From positions 540,024-604,023 of the forward strand of contig CBDHFO010000017.1 of NCBI GenBank assembly GCA_965262645.1: DNA of 64,000 nt, written 5' to 3'. The notes beneath the pieces are model-generated. The model worked only from the letters and a program-made list of their open reading frames with translations, was not told where the DNA came from and made no database searches. Below, in pieces: positions 40,536 through 49,978 of the stretch. The first letter of the stretch is position 1. The number at the start of each line of letters is the position of its first letter. This DNA is from Candidatus Marinacidobacterium sp. Lineage in GTDB: Bacteria; Acidobacteriota; Vicinamibacteria; Marinacidobacterales; Marinacidobacteraceae. The position numbers and the translations under genes are program-made.

Positions 40536-42314
40536 ATGAAGAGACTCCTTGTTTTCCTGGCCGTCGCGGGCGTCGCCCCGACGGGCCTCGCGTGCGGCCC
40601 CTCCGGGCCCGCCGCCGACGCGATCTACCGCAATGCGAACGTGGTAACCGCCGACGACGACTTCAACATCGCCGAGGCTTTTGCGGTGGTGGATGGACGG
40701 TTCGCGGCGGTGGGCTCGGAGGAGGCGGTCGAGGAAGCCTTTCCCGGCGGCGCCGCGGAGGTGGTGGATCTCCAGGGGAAGACGGTCCTCCCGGGGTTCA
40801 ACGACAACCACATCCACCTCGGCCCCGGCCGGGGCCTGCAGCGCTGGGAAGACGGGCTGGTACCCGGACTGCCGGAGTGGTCGGCGGCGGCCACCGAGCC
40901 GGACGAGCTCTTCGCCGCGCTGGAGGCGGAGGCAGCTATGAGGTCGCCGGGCGAGTGGATTCGCGGCGGGCTCACCCGGATGGACTGGCCGAACAGCCGG
41001 ATCCCGGACCGCTGGCTCCTGGACGAAGCCGCCCCCGACAACCCGGTGATGCTCACCCGCGGGCCCCACACCTACTTGCTGAACTCACCGGCGCTGCAAC
41101 TCGCGGGAATCGACCGCAACACGCCCGACCCGGAGGGGGGCTGGATCTTCCGCGACGCGAGCGGCGAGCCGACCGGCCGCGTCCTCGAGGCGGCACGGCG
41201 GGTGGTGGACAGAGTTCTCCCCCCGATGCCGGAAGTTCCCTACGAGAGGGGCCTCGAAACCATGCGCGCCTCGCTGGGCAAGCTGGCCGCCATGGGGATC
41301 ACCAGCGTGAACATCGCGGGAGTCCGGCCCCCGGGAATCCCGGCAGTACAGGACCTCTACTCCCGCTACAGCGAGGAGCTACCCCGGGCGACAATGCAGG
41401 TGCGCCTCAGCCCCGGCCACGACACCTACGACCACGGCGAGGAAGGGATACGGACCGAGATCGAGGCCCTCGAGGAACTCGGCTTCACCACCGGGGAAGG
41501 TGACTCCCGATTCCGGATCGGCGCCGTCAAGATGAGCATCGATGGCGGGCTGAGCGCCCCGGTGTTCTGGTCCCTCGAACCCTACGAAGGGCGTCCCGAC
41601 TTCTTCGGCGCGATCCGCATTCCGGCCGAGGTCTTCCATCCGGTGGCTCGGCGAGCGCACGAACTGGGCTGGCAACTCGGCATTCACGCCATGGGTGACG
41701 GGGCCGTGAAGATGGTCGCGGAACAAATGGCCCGCATCCTCGACGAGATTCCCCGGGAGGATCACCGGCACTACATGCACCACGTGGCGGTGAAGCCGCC
41801 CGAGGAGACCATGAAGCTGATGGCCGAACACGGCATCATGGTGGCGAGCCAGCCGTCCTTCACCGTGGGGCTCGGAGCCTATGCCGAAGAGGCGCTCGTC
41901 GCCGAGCGGGAGGAAACGCAGAATCCGACCCGTTCCCTGCTGGACGCCGGAGTCCGCGTCTCCCACGGCTCCGATTCGGCCCCTTACGGACCGCTGATCA
42001 CGATCTGGACCGCGGTCACCCGGCGGGGTTTCGACGGCGAGGTGCACGCGTTAGTACTAGCGGGACTGAGACAGCGAACCGCAGCATCGCTCGCCGGTTG
42101 TCATGGGTCAACAAACAGTTGGGCCAGCAAGCTCGTCGCGTCGTCATATACTTCTGGGCCGCTCAACTTCTGCCGTCCGCAAGCATACTCGCTTCGACTT
42201 CATCGTGCGGGCTCTCGATGGTTGTCGAATGCCTATCTGTCACGGTCACCAATGCTCATGACCACATGGCACAGGCCGTGCGGCTGCACCCGCCCCGGTA
42301 GAGAAGCGACTTAG
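40536..42314 (+). CDS. Amidohydrolase-3 family metallo-hydrolase, lipoprotein; C-terminus aberrant (probably truncated/replaced from about 42050)
   Basis: MKRLLVFLAVAGVAPTGLACG, HxH (FNDNHIHLG), amidohydrolase_3 body through ...TRRGFDGEVH. The last 85 codons or so are low-complexity and run into low-GC DNA. Confidence 0.6.
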   Translation: MKRLLVFLAVAGVAPTGLACGPSGPAADAIYRNANVVTADDDFNIAEAFAVVDGRFAAVGSEEAVEEAFPGGAAEVVDLQGKTVLPGFNDNHIHLGPGRGLQRWEDGLVPGLPEWSAAATEPDELFAALEAEAAMRSPGEWIRGGLTRMDWPNSRIPDRWLLDEAAPDNPVMLTRGPHTYLLNSPALQLAGIDRNTPDPEGGWIFRDASGEPTGRVLEAARRVVDRVLPPMPEVPYERGLETMRASLGKLAAMGITSVNIAGVRPPGIPAVQDLYSRYSEELPRATMQVRLSPGHDTYDHGEEGIRTEIEALEELGFTTGEGDSRFRIGAVKMSIDGGLSAPVFWSLEPYEGRPDFFGAIRIPAEVFHPVARRAHELGWQLGIHAMGDGAVKMVAEQMARILDEIPREDHRHYMHHVAVKPPEETMKLMAEHGIMVASQPSFTVGLGAYAEEALVAEREETQNPTRSLLDAGVRVSHGSDSAPYGPLITIWTAVTRRGFDGEVHALVLAGLRQRTAASLAGCHGSTNSWASKLVASSYTSGPLNFCRPQAYSLRLHRAGSRWLSNAYLSRSPMLMTTWHRPCGCTRPGREAT

Positions 42315-42553
42315 CTATCTTCAAACGGCAATCTCGCGTCGGGTTCCCCATGGCAGCTTCGATCGATGCTTGAAGAGGCCAATGCGATAGGTGCATCTCC
42401 TATCTTCGGTGCCAGCGGGGGATGATTTGTCGCGGCGCTTCTACCAGGTGCCTCCGTCGGCACGATCAGCGACCCGTTGTTCAACGCAGAAGGCATCAAC
42501 TGGCGGCTGGTCCACTGGACGGGAATACGTCATCCAGCCATCTACACGGCGCC

Positions 42554-43033
42554 CTAGCGAGGTGCTACCAATCCGTAGGCGGCAACGCATCGCCTCCGTG
42601 CGCTTCGAATAGGGTTGGGAATGCCGGTCACCGAAGAATCGCTACTGTTTCTGGCTGGATAAAATATGACGACCCGCACTTCGCCGGGGCGGCGCCACTC
42701 GTAGCGATCGGTCCCGATGTACTTCCGGGCGAGGCGGTCGATCCCCTCTTCGGCGCCTTCCTCGGCAACTTTCACCACCCGGCCCCGGATCATCAGTGCC
42801 TTAAAGGGGTTGTCCGGATGGGTGGCGGAGAGCGCCACCCGCGCATCGCGCCGAATGTTGAGGTCCTTGACCCTCCCCGCCGCGGAGTTCACGACGATCA
42901 GATCGCCGTCGGTCTCCGCCCACACCGGGGAAACCTGGGGGCTGCCGTCGGCCATCAGGGTGGCCAGGTGGACATAGACCCGGGTCGCCAGGAATTCCTG
43001 GGCTTCCGGGGAGAGGGTGTTCGTTCTGGGCAT
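42554..43033 (-). CDS. Pyridoxamine 5'-phosphate oxidase-like (PNPOx/FMN-binding split-barrel) family protein
   Basis: MPRTNTLSPEAQEFLATRVYVHLATLMADGSPQVSPVW... The C-terminal 25 residues or so extend atypically into the low-GC region. Confidence 0.7.
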   Translation of the reverse strand: MPRTNTLSPEAQEFLATRVYVHLATLMADGSPQVSPVWAETDGDLIVVNSAAGRVKDLNIRRDARVALSATHPDNPFKALMIRGRVVKVAEEGAEEGIDRLARKYIGTDRYEWRRPGEVRVVIFYPARNSSDSSVTGIPNPIRSARRRCVAAYGLVAPR

Positions 43034-43055
43034 AGCTGAGCGCGCGGTCACCGGG

Positions 43056-44138
43056 TCACTCTGACTCGTCGAGTTCGCGATCCACCTCGGCCTTCAGTTG
43101 TTGGAAGGGCACCGCGCCCCCAACATAGCGTCCGTTCACGAATACTGCCGGGGTCCCGCCCTGTCCGAGCGCCATTGCCGCCTCGAAATCCGTCTGCACT
43201 CTCTCGTAGTGGCGGCCGGAGTTCACGCACTCCGCGAACACCTCGGTGTCGAGTCCGAGGAGCACGGCATGCTGCTCGAGGTTGTCGGGAGAGAGGTTTT
43301 CGTCCGTCCAGAGCGCGTCATGAAACTCCCAGAACATCCCCTGGTCCTCGGCACAGATCGAAGCCTCGGCGGCCTTCTGCGCCAGCGGATGGATGCTGCG
43401 GAGGGGATAGTGCCGGTAAACGAGGCGAATTTTTCCCTCGTATTCCTCGGCTTCCCGGAGTTCGTCCACCGCACTGTTGAACCGGCGGCAGTAGGGGCAC
43501 TCGAAGTCGGAGAAGATCACGACGTCCACCGGCGCGTCTTCGGGACCCATCGCTGAATGGCCGTCCGTCTCGATCGCCACCCGGTAGGCGGGTACGGCCA
43601 GATTCCATTCGGCCTCGCCCAACAAGCGGTTGCCGGCCATTTCGATGTTCCGCGCCATCTTCTGGTTCGCGATTTGCCGCCGGAGGCTGGTCGCGATCTC
43701 TTCGAGTGACCGTCCCCCGAACTGCTGGCGGTTCTGGTCGTACACGGACTGGAGCTCTTCGTCGCTGACTTCCGGAAGGCCGATCTCGTTCGTGTAGTAC
43801 TGGTTCAGGGTCATCCCCTTCTCCGCGGCCGCGGCCATGAGCAGTTGCTCCCGCGCCGCCCGCACCACGCTCTCCTCCAGCAACTCGTGGCTCTTCGTGT
43901 AGTAGTCGCTCCGGAGCTGCGCGAGTTGGAACCGATCCCGCTCCGCGAGATCGTCGAGAGTGATCTCCTCACCGTTCAGGATCCCGAGCACCTCGGAGTC
44001 CACACTGTCCGGAAGAAGCGAGTCAGAGCCGCGGGCCTGGCCCCCGGAACCGGCGGCGGCGCCGCCCTCGCAGCCTACGAAGGCGACGAGAGCGACGATG
44101 GCCGCGATCGGAGCGGCCGTCCGGAAGAACATGCGCAT
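43056..44138 (-). CDS. DsbA-family thiol:disulfide oxidoreductase lipoprotein
   Basis: Lipobox LVAFVGC, long N-terminal linker, CPYC active site (FSDFECPYCRRF). Confidence 0.8.
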   Translation of the reverse strand: MRMFFRTAAPIAAIVALVAFVGCEGGAAAGSGGQARGSDSLLPDSVDSEVLGILNGEEITLDDLAERDRFQLAQLRSDYYTKSHELLEESVVRAAREQLLMAAAAEKGMTLNQYYTNEIGLPEVSDEELQSVYDQNRQQFGGRSLEEIATSLRRQIANQKMARNIEMAGNRLLGEAEWNLAVPAYRVAIETDGHSAMGPEDAPVDVVIFSDFECPYCRRFNSAVDELREAEEYEGKIRLVYRHYPLRSIHPLAQKAAEASICAEDQGMFWEFHDALWTDENLSPDNLEQHAVLLGLDTEVFAECVNSGRHYERVQTDFEAAMALGQGGTPAVFVNGRYVGGAVPFQQLKAEVDRELDESE

Positions 44139-44205
44139 GGGGGGATACCTCGTTCTCGAGCGAAAGCGGATCCGGCGGCGCGCAGCGCCGACAGGCCCGG
44201 CCCGG

Positions 44206-44688
44206 CTATTCGCGAGAACCCTGAAGGATACCCCGCCGCGAGGATTCGCTAGGGCTCTCCACCAGCAGCGTGTAAGGCCCGTCGTTCAGCAGAGATACCT
44301 CCATCATCGCGCCGAAGCGGCCGGTGCCCACCGGAACCCCGAGTTCCCGGAGCCGGGCGCAGAACTCCTCGTAGAGCGCTTCGGCCTCCGGCCCCGGGGC
44401 TGCCCGGGTAAAGGAGGGACGCCGCCCCTTGCGGCAGTTCCCGAGCAGGGTGAACTGCGAGACGGCGAGCACCTCGCCGCCCGTCTCGAGGACGCTTCTC
44501 TCCGGTTGTCCCTCGGGGGCTCGAAACATCCGGAGCCCGGCGATCTTCTTCGCCAGCCAGACGGCGTCCTCCGGGGTATCGGACACCGAAACCCCAAGCA
44601 GGACCAGGAGTCCCGGTCCGATTTCGGAGACGAGTTCACCGCCCACCGAAACCGAGGCGCGGGAGACCCGCTGAACGACCGCGATCAC
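44206..44688 (-). CDS. dtd: D-aminoacyl-tRNA deacylase
   Basis: IAVVQRVSRASV N-terminus (GTG start), SQFTLLG, NDGPYTLL motifs. The ORF extends upstream to 44862. Confidence 0.8.
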   Translation of the reverse strand: MIAVVQRVSRASVSVGGELVSEIGPGLLVLLGVSVSDTPEDAVWLAKKIAGLRMFRAPEGQPERSVLETGGEVLAVSQFTLLGNCRKGRRPSFTRAAPGPEAEALYEEFCARLRELGVPVGTGRFGAMMEVSLLNDGPYTLLVESPSESSRRGILQGSRE

Positions 44689-44707
44689 CGTTCCGTCCGA
44701 AAGCGCC

Positions 44708-45952
44708 TCATCCGCCCTCCGGGAAGATGCACCGCAGTTTGTCCACGTCGGTCCACTCCGCGTAGTAGGTGAGGGATCCCGTCTCCGGAGCATGCAACCC
44801 GCCGAGGGACATGCGGACACCGAACGGGAAGTCGTCGTCGGCGTGGATGAATCCGAGCACATGGAACACCTCGTGCACGATCACTTGGCCCTCGCGGGGA
44901 TACTGGTTTGCGTCGCCCTGACAGCACGGATCGTCGCCGGTCCACATCGGCCCCAGACTGCGCCTGTTGTAGCTGACGCTCCCGCACCCAACATGGGCAC
45001 TCAGCGGCGATGCCCCGAAAGATCCCCACCAATCGTTGTCGTCGTTCAGGTAGAGCGCGAGGATCTGACCTGGCTCGCGCGGCAGCGAGCAGTTCCAGTA
45101 ATAGTTGTCGAAATCCTGGTCCCATCCTTCGGGCGCACCCTTGGGAACCTCGATGAAATCGCCGGCCTCAAGAATCCGGTATCCGAGCTGTGCTTCGATT
45201 TGGTCTGCGAGTCTTCCGATCGGATCCAGCAGTTGTTGGAGATCTGCATCGGTGACGAAATCGGGGAAGTTCCGAACGATGTCCACTCGAAACGGGGTTC
45301 CGTCCCATTCGGCGACCACGACGGGAGCACCACCTCGTGGAGTGGGGTGGGCGAGAGCGAACTCCAGCGCCAAAGACCTCGCCTCACCGCACGCTCGCTC
45401 GGGCGGGGCGCCCAGTACAAGATGGTCACGGTCGTCTGGGATGGCGGATGGACCTATGTTCAGGTCGGCTTCCACACCATTCCTGTTTCGAACCTCCCCG
45501 TCATCGACGTGGAGGGCATCGGCGCCAACGCTGATTCCATCGTCGTCCCGATCCTCAAGCTTCACGCCGTAACGAAACGCGACGCTCCCGCCGACGCTCG
45601 CCTCCTCATCCCACAGGGCGTGGCGGATGTTCTCACCGATCTCGAGAGCCAGGCGTGGCGAGCCGGAAACGGCCACCTCTTCGCTGAAAGTAATCTGGAC
45701 CCCGATGGTCTCGCCCACCGCGTAGCCTCGCGGGTCGAACGGCGCCGTGGTGATCACGAGGCTCCGAACGCTCGGCGGCGGCGCGGGTGGTGGACTGCTG
45801 GCCGGCGGAGACGCTGGCGCCGTCGGTCCCGAAGTCGAATCACCCCCACACCCGAGAGCGACGGCAAACACAAGGATCAGCGCCGCGCCAAGAGCGAGGT
45901 TCCGGCAGCACAATAAAACGAGCGGCAGATTCACAAAGCCAGTAGAACACAT
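44708..45952 (-). CDS. Metzincin-like zinc metalloprotease lipoprotein
   Basis: HEVFHVLGFIH (HExxHxxGxxH), N-terminal signal/lipobox AVALGCGG, Pro-rich linker. Only the last 414 codons or so of the 992-aa ORF are credible. Confidence 0.6.
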   Translation of the reverse strand: MCSTGFVNLPLVLLCCRNLALGAALILVFAVALGCGGDSTSGPTAPASPPASSPPPAPPPSVRSLVITTAPFDPRGYAVGETIGVQITFSEEVAVSGSPRLALEIGENIRHALWDEEASVGGSVAFRYGVKLEDRDDDGISVGADALHVDDGEVRNRNGVEADLNIGPSAIPDDRDHLVLGAPPERACGEARSLALEFALAHPTPRGGAPVVVAEWDGTPFRVDIVRNFPDFVTDADLQQLLDPIGRLADQIEAQLGYRILEAGDFIEVPKGAPEGWDQDFDNYYWNCSLPREPGQILALYLNDDNDWWGSFGASPLSAHVGCGSVSYNRRSLGPMWTGDDPCCQGDANQYPREGQVIVHEVFHVLGFIHADDDFPFGVRMSLGGLHAPETGSLTYYAEWTDVDKLRCIFPEGG

Positions 45953-46092
45953 GGAGATTTGGCGCGCGTTGCAGGCAATGCGGGAACCGCCAAGCAAAAG
46001 GTTGGCGCCAGTCCCGAACCGATTCTTCAAGGAGGCTGGCAGAACCAGCAGCGTGCGATTCGCTCTTGAACGTGGGGTGAGTGTCCACTCGC

Positions 46093-47838
46093 TCATCCCG
46101 GGATGCCGCGCGGCGGGCCGTTTCCCGCACCGGGAGCGATCCCGTACGCCCGAAGGAGATCCGAGACGGTAACCACCGCCTCGAGCTGGTGGACGTCCAC
46201 CCGGCTCACGACTGGCAAGGTGTCCATCCGGATCCGGCCCATCGTTGCCAGGACGTGATCTATGGGTTGGTCGGCGTGCACGTGGGGAAACTTCCGGCCT
46301 CTCACCAGGTCGCCGAGTCGGTCCTGATCCTGTCCCCAGGCGTGGAATCGCTCCAACTCGGCGAGCGTGATCAGCCCGGAGATCCGGTTCCCCTCGGCCA
46401 CCGGCCACGTTCGCTTGCCGCTGAGCGCCACCCGTTCGATGGCGTCCTCGACGGTCAGGTCCGGAGGAAGCAACTCCCGCGGCGGGCGCATTGCGGCCCG
46501 CACCACCGGATGGGGCTCCTCGTCCTCCGTGGAGGGAAGCTGGATCCCGTCCTGCGCCGCGAGGGCCTCGTACACCGATACGCGCTGGAGCCGCCGGGAC
46601 ACGAAGAACGAGGTCAGGTTCGCAATCATCAACGGCACGATGACCGCGTAGCTCTGGGTGATCTCGAAGATCATGAAGACCGACGCCATCGGGACCCGGA
46701 GGATCCCGGCGAACGCCGCCCCCATACCCACCAGGGCGTAGGGGCCGGGTCCGGATGCGAAGTCGAACCAGAGGTTGGCCACGCTGCCCACCACCCCGCC
46801 CAGCATGGCGCCGAGGAAGATGCTGGGGCCGAAGATCCCTCCGGCGTTGCCGGAGGCGTAGGCGACGACCACCAGGACGAGGTGCAGAGCGAGGAGAACC
46901 GCCATCGTTCCCATCGGAAGCTCGCCAGCCAGCGCTTGACCCACGGGGCCATAGCCGACGCTGAAAAACCCGGGAAGGAGAATCCACGCTGCGGCCACCG
47001 CCACCCCGCCGAGTGCCGGCTGGAACCAGCGGCTCGCCATCGGAAGCCGGCGGATTTGAGCACGCAGCCAGAGCAGGGTGCGCACGAACCCAACCGACAT
47101 CAGCCCCCCGAGCACCCCGAGCACGGCATAGATGAGGAGTTCCGCAGGATGCCCGAGCTCGTAGGCGGGAACCGAGAAGAGCGGTTCGTCGCCAAGCGAA
47201 AGCCTGAGCACCAGCCAGCTCGCCACCGCGCTCAGAACCACCGAGCCGAGCACCCGCGCGTGGAGGTTTCCGACGATTTCCTCCAGCGAGAACAGGATCG
47301 CGGCGATCGGGGTGTTGAAGGCCGCGGCGATCGCCGCCGCCGTCCCGACCGGTATCAGTTGCCGCCGCTGCTCGGTGTCGAGCCCGAGGGCTTCTCCCAC
47401 GGAGGAAGCGATCCCGGCCCCGATCTGCGCGGACGGGCCCTCGCGCCCCAGCGGGATGCCGGCGCCCAGGGTGAGCACCCCGCAGATGTACTTCCCAAAG
47501 GCTGTGCGGAACGGAATCCGACCGTCGTTCGCGACCAGCGCCGCCTTGGTCTGCGGAATCCCGCTTCCCCGCGCTTCGCCGAACCAGCGGTGCATCAGGA
47601 AGCCGGCAGCCAGTGCTCCCAGGACCGGCGCGGCAAAGCGGACCGCTCCGAGCGCCTGCCCGTGAATCATCACTTCGGTGAGCCATTCGGTCACCACGAT
47701 GAAGGACACGATGACCGCACCCACCAGCGCTCCGATCCCCAGGTTGAGACCGGTGAAGAAGCCGGAAGAGCGAAGGAACTCCCGCGAAGACAGGGCCTCG
47801 GCAATCCGGGAGACCATGTGGACACGGACCCGGCTCAT
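46093..47838 (-). CDS. ClC-family chloride channel/H+-Cl- antiporter with C-terminal CBS pair
   Basis: GREGP, GIPLG, GIFGPS selectivity motifs. Two CBS domains. Start at the internal ATG MSRVRVHMVS. Confidence 0.85.
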   Translation of the reverse strand: MSRVRVHMVSRIAEALSSREFLRSSGFFTGLNLGIGALVGAVIVSFIVVTEWLTEVMIHGQALGAVRFAAPVLGALAAGFLMHRWFGEARGSGIPQTKAALVANDGRIPFRTAFGKYICGVLTLGAGIPLGREGPSAQIGAGIASSVGEALGLDTEQRRQLIPVGTAAAIAAAFNTPIAAILFSLEEIVGNLHARVLGSVVLSAVASWLVLRLSLGDEPLFSVPAYELGHPAELLIYAVLGVLGGLMSVGFVRTLLWLRAQIRRLPMASRWFQPALGGVAVAAAWILLPGFFSVGYGPVGQALAGELPMGTMAVLLALHLVLVVVAYASGNAGGIFGPSIFLGAMLGGVVGSVANLWFDFASGPGPYALVGMGAAFAGILRVPMASVFMIFEITQSYAVIVPLMIANLTSFFVSRRLQRVSVYEALAAQDGIQLPSTEDEEPHPVVRAAMRPPRELLPPDLTVEDAIERVALSGKRTWPVAEGNRISGLITLAELERFHAWGQDQDRLGDLVRGRKFPHVHADQPIDHVLATMGRIRMDTLPVVSRVDVHQLEAVVTVSDLLRAYGIAPGAGNGPPRGIPG

Positions 47839-49553
47839 CGGCTTTCCTGCTCGCGCGGAACGCGGGTCGCGCGACCCAGCACGAGACCGACGATCACCGT
47901 CACCGCCGTCCCGATCAGGTTGTAGTAGAGGTAGGAAATTCCGGTAACCCCGAGCCACCGGGGCAGGAGGTCAGCGACCCACACGGCGGCGATCCCACAA
48001 AGAACCGCGGGGAAGGCCCGGCGGGCGCCCCGGTTCGGGAAGATAGCGGCGAGGACAAACGCTCCGAGGATGGGACCGTAGAAGAAGGATCCCACGCGGT
48101 TTACCGCTTCTACCGCCGACCCCAACCGCCCCATGTAAAAGGCAGCCCCGGTCGCGACCGTTCCCCAGAACACGATCCCCACCCGGCCGGCAATCAGGTC
48201 GTGCCGATCGGAAGTCGGACCGCGGAGGAAGCGGTTTCGAAAGCGGCGGTAGAAGTCCACCACGCTGGCGGTCGAGAGCGCCGATAGTTCCGACTCCACG
48301 GTGGACATCGCCGCGGCCAGCACCGCGATGAGGATCAGGCCGACGATTCCGGGGGGTAATTGGGTGAACACGAAGGTCGGGAATACGTGGTTCGTATCGC
48401 TCCATGGCTCGCCTTTCACCTCGGACGCAGTGCGCACCGCCTCGGCGCGCGTCTCCTGAAACGCGAGGTCGGCAGCGACGAACCGCTCCCTGAGCGCCGC
48501 CTCCGAGGAGCCGGCACCGGCCTCGGCGAAATCGAGCGCGGCCGTCCGGCGCTCGGCGAAGGCGGTTTCGTAGCGCGCCTCCATCGCCTCCATCTCCTCG
48601 GGTTGCGCCGCCCGCGTTTCGGCGAGAGTCACCGGATCGAAGAGCACGGGCGGCTTCTCGAACTGGTAGAAGACGAAGAGAAGCGCCCCGGTGAGCAGAA
48701 TCACGAACTGCACCGGCAGCTTGGCGAAAGCGTTGAAGATCAGCGAAAAGCGGCTCTCGCGAAGCGAACGGCCGGTGAGGTAACGCTGGACCTGACTCTG
48801 GTCGCAGCCGAAATAGGAGAGCATCAGGAAGAGCCCGCCCAGGAGCCCCGTCCAGACGGTGTAGGTCTGGCGCGGGTCGGGGTCGAACGACAGCGTTTCC
48901 AGGCGGCCCGTTGACCCGGCAAGCCGCAGCGCCTCCCCGAGGCTCACCTCGTCGGGCAGTCCCCAGATCACCGATCCGAGGCAGAAGAGAATGCCGAGCA
49001 TGATGATCAGCATTTGCCACGTCTCGACCCACATCACGGCGCGCATCCCGCCCAGCGCGGTGTAGATCGTGGCGAACCCGCCGATCAGCAGGATCGTGAG
49101 GGTCTCGTCGAGCGAGAAGACGACCGAAAGGACCACCGACGGCGCGTAGATCACCACGGCTCCGGACAGCGCCCTCCCAAACAGGAAGAGAAGGCTCGTG
49201 AGGGAGCGGGTGTGCGGACCGCAACGCTGCTCCAGATACTCGTAGGCCGTGAACACCCGGGCGCGGTAGAACAGCGGTACCAGGGTGAAACACAGGATCA
49301 CCATGGCGATGGGCAGGGCGAAGTAGATCTGGATGAATCGCATCCCGTCCACGTAGGCCTGGCCGGTCGTTCCGACCAGCGTGATCGCGCTCGCCTGGGT
49401 GGCCATCACCGAAAGGCCCATGGCGTACCAGGGCATGGACCGGCGGGCGAGGAAGTAGTCCTCAAGCCCCCGGTTGCCGCGTCCGGTCCGGTAGCCGACG
49501 GCGATGATCAGGCCGAAGTAGGCGGCGACGACGATCCAGTCGAGGAGCTGCAA
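47835..49553 (-). CDS. Sodium:solute symporter (SSS) family transporter
   Basis: 572 aa, 13-14 TM. TTG start with GAGGG RBS. The stop overlaps the ClC start by 4 nt. Confidence 0.85.
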   Translation of the reverse strand: MQLLDWIVVAAYFGLIIAVGYRTGRGNRGLEDYFLARRSMPWYAMGLSVMATQASAITLVGTTGQAYVDGMRFIQIYFALPIAMVILCFTLVPLFYRARVFTAYEYLEQRCGPHTRSLTSLLFLFGRALSGAVVIYAPSVVLSVVFSLDETLTILLIGGFATIYTALGGMRAVMWVETWQMLIIMLGILFCLGSVIWGLPDEVSLGEALRLAGSTGRLETLSFDPDPRQTYTVWTGLLGGLFLMLSYFGCDQSQVQRYLTGRSLRESRFSLIFNAFAKLPVQFVILLTGALLFVFYQFEKPPVLFDPVTLAETRAAQPEEMEAMEARYETAFAERRTAALDFAEAGAGSSEAALRERFVAADLAFQETRAEAVRTASEVKGEPWSDTNHVFPTFVFTQLPPGIVGLILIAVLAAAMSTVESELSALSTASVVDFYRRFRNRFLRGPTSDRHDLIAGRVGIVFWGTVATGAAFYMGRLGSAVEAVNRVGSFFYGPILGAFVLAAIFPNRGARRAFPAVLCGIAAVWVADLLPRWLGVTGISYLYYNLIGTAVTVIVGLVLGRATRVPREQESR

Positions 49554-49562
49554 GGATCGCCC

Positions 49563-49700
49563 TCAGGGTGCAAAGACGCGGGAGAACACGAAGAGCAGGA
49601 CGTAGACCGAGAGAGTGGTCAGCAGCACGGCCGCATAAAGCCGCCGCCAGGAGCGGAAGAACCCCCGCCGAGAGGGGGGTTGATCGGTTTGGTTCTCCAT
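49563..49700 (-). CDS. Small (45-aa) membrane protein immediately upstream of the SSS transporter (DUF4212/DUF485-like symporter-associated subunit?)
   Basis: Not in the ORF track. Read by hand: MENQTDQPPSRRGFFRSWRRLYAAVLLTTLSVYVLLFVFSRVFAP, one TM helix. Its stop lies about 7 nt before the transporter start. Confidence 0.45.
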   Translation of the reverse strand: MENQTDQPPSRRGFFRSWRRLYAAVLLTTLSVYVLLFVFSRVFAP

Positions 49701-49878
49701 TAACAGTCTGAGGATCAAGTGGCGTGAGCGCCGAGACCGGTGAGGCGCCCGGCTGGCAAGGCGCGATTTGAGAGAAACACCGGGCGTATTTCGACCGAAT
49801 CGGAACGCAGAGCGTAGCGATTCAGCCGGGATGCATCGCCGGTCGAACGCCGCGTGACTTTATGCAAAGGCTGTTCAG
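49700..49878. mobile_element. MITE (TIR family, degenerate: TTAACAGTCTGAGG...CAAAGGCTGTTCAG)
   Basis: Internal sequence caagtggcgtgagcgccgagaccggtgaggcgcccgg is nearly identical to the 19516 and 63740 copies. Confidence 0.65.
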
Positions 49879-49978
49879 CTCCCGGCTAGACTCACCGGCC
49901 GGGCCGGACGCTTATCGGCCCGCGCCGGGAGATTCTAGGAGGCGGGGCCTCCTCCTCCCTGGCAAAGGGAGCGCAGTA

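Noticed and set aside
44708-47686. 992-aa minus-strand ORF
   Set aside because: The N-terminal two-thirds overlap the ClC transporter gene in another frame and are low-complexity. Only the C-terminal ~414 codons (HExxHxxGxxH lipoprotein) are credible.
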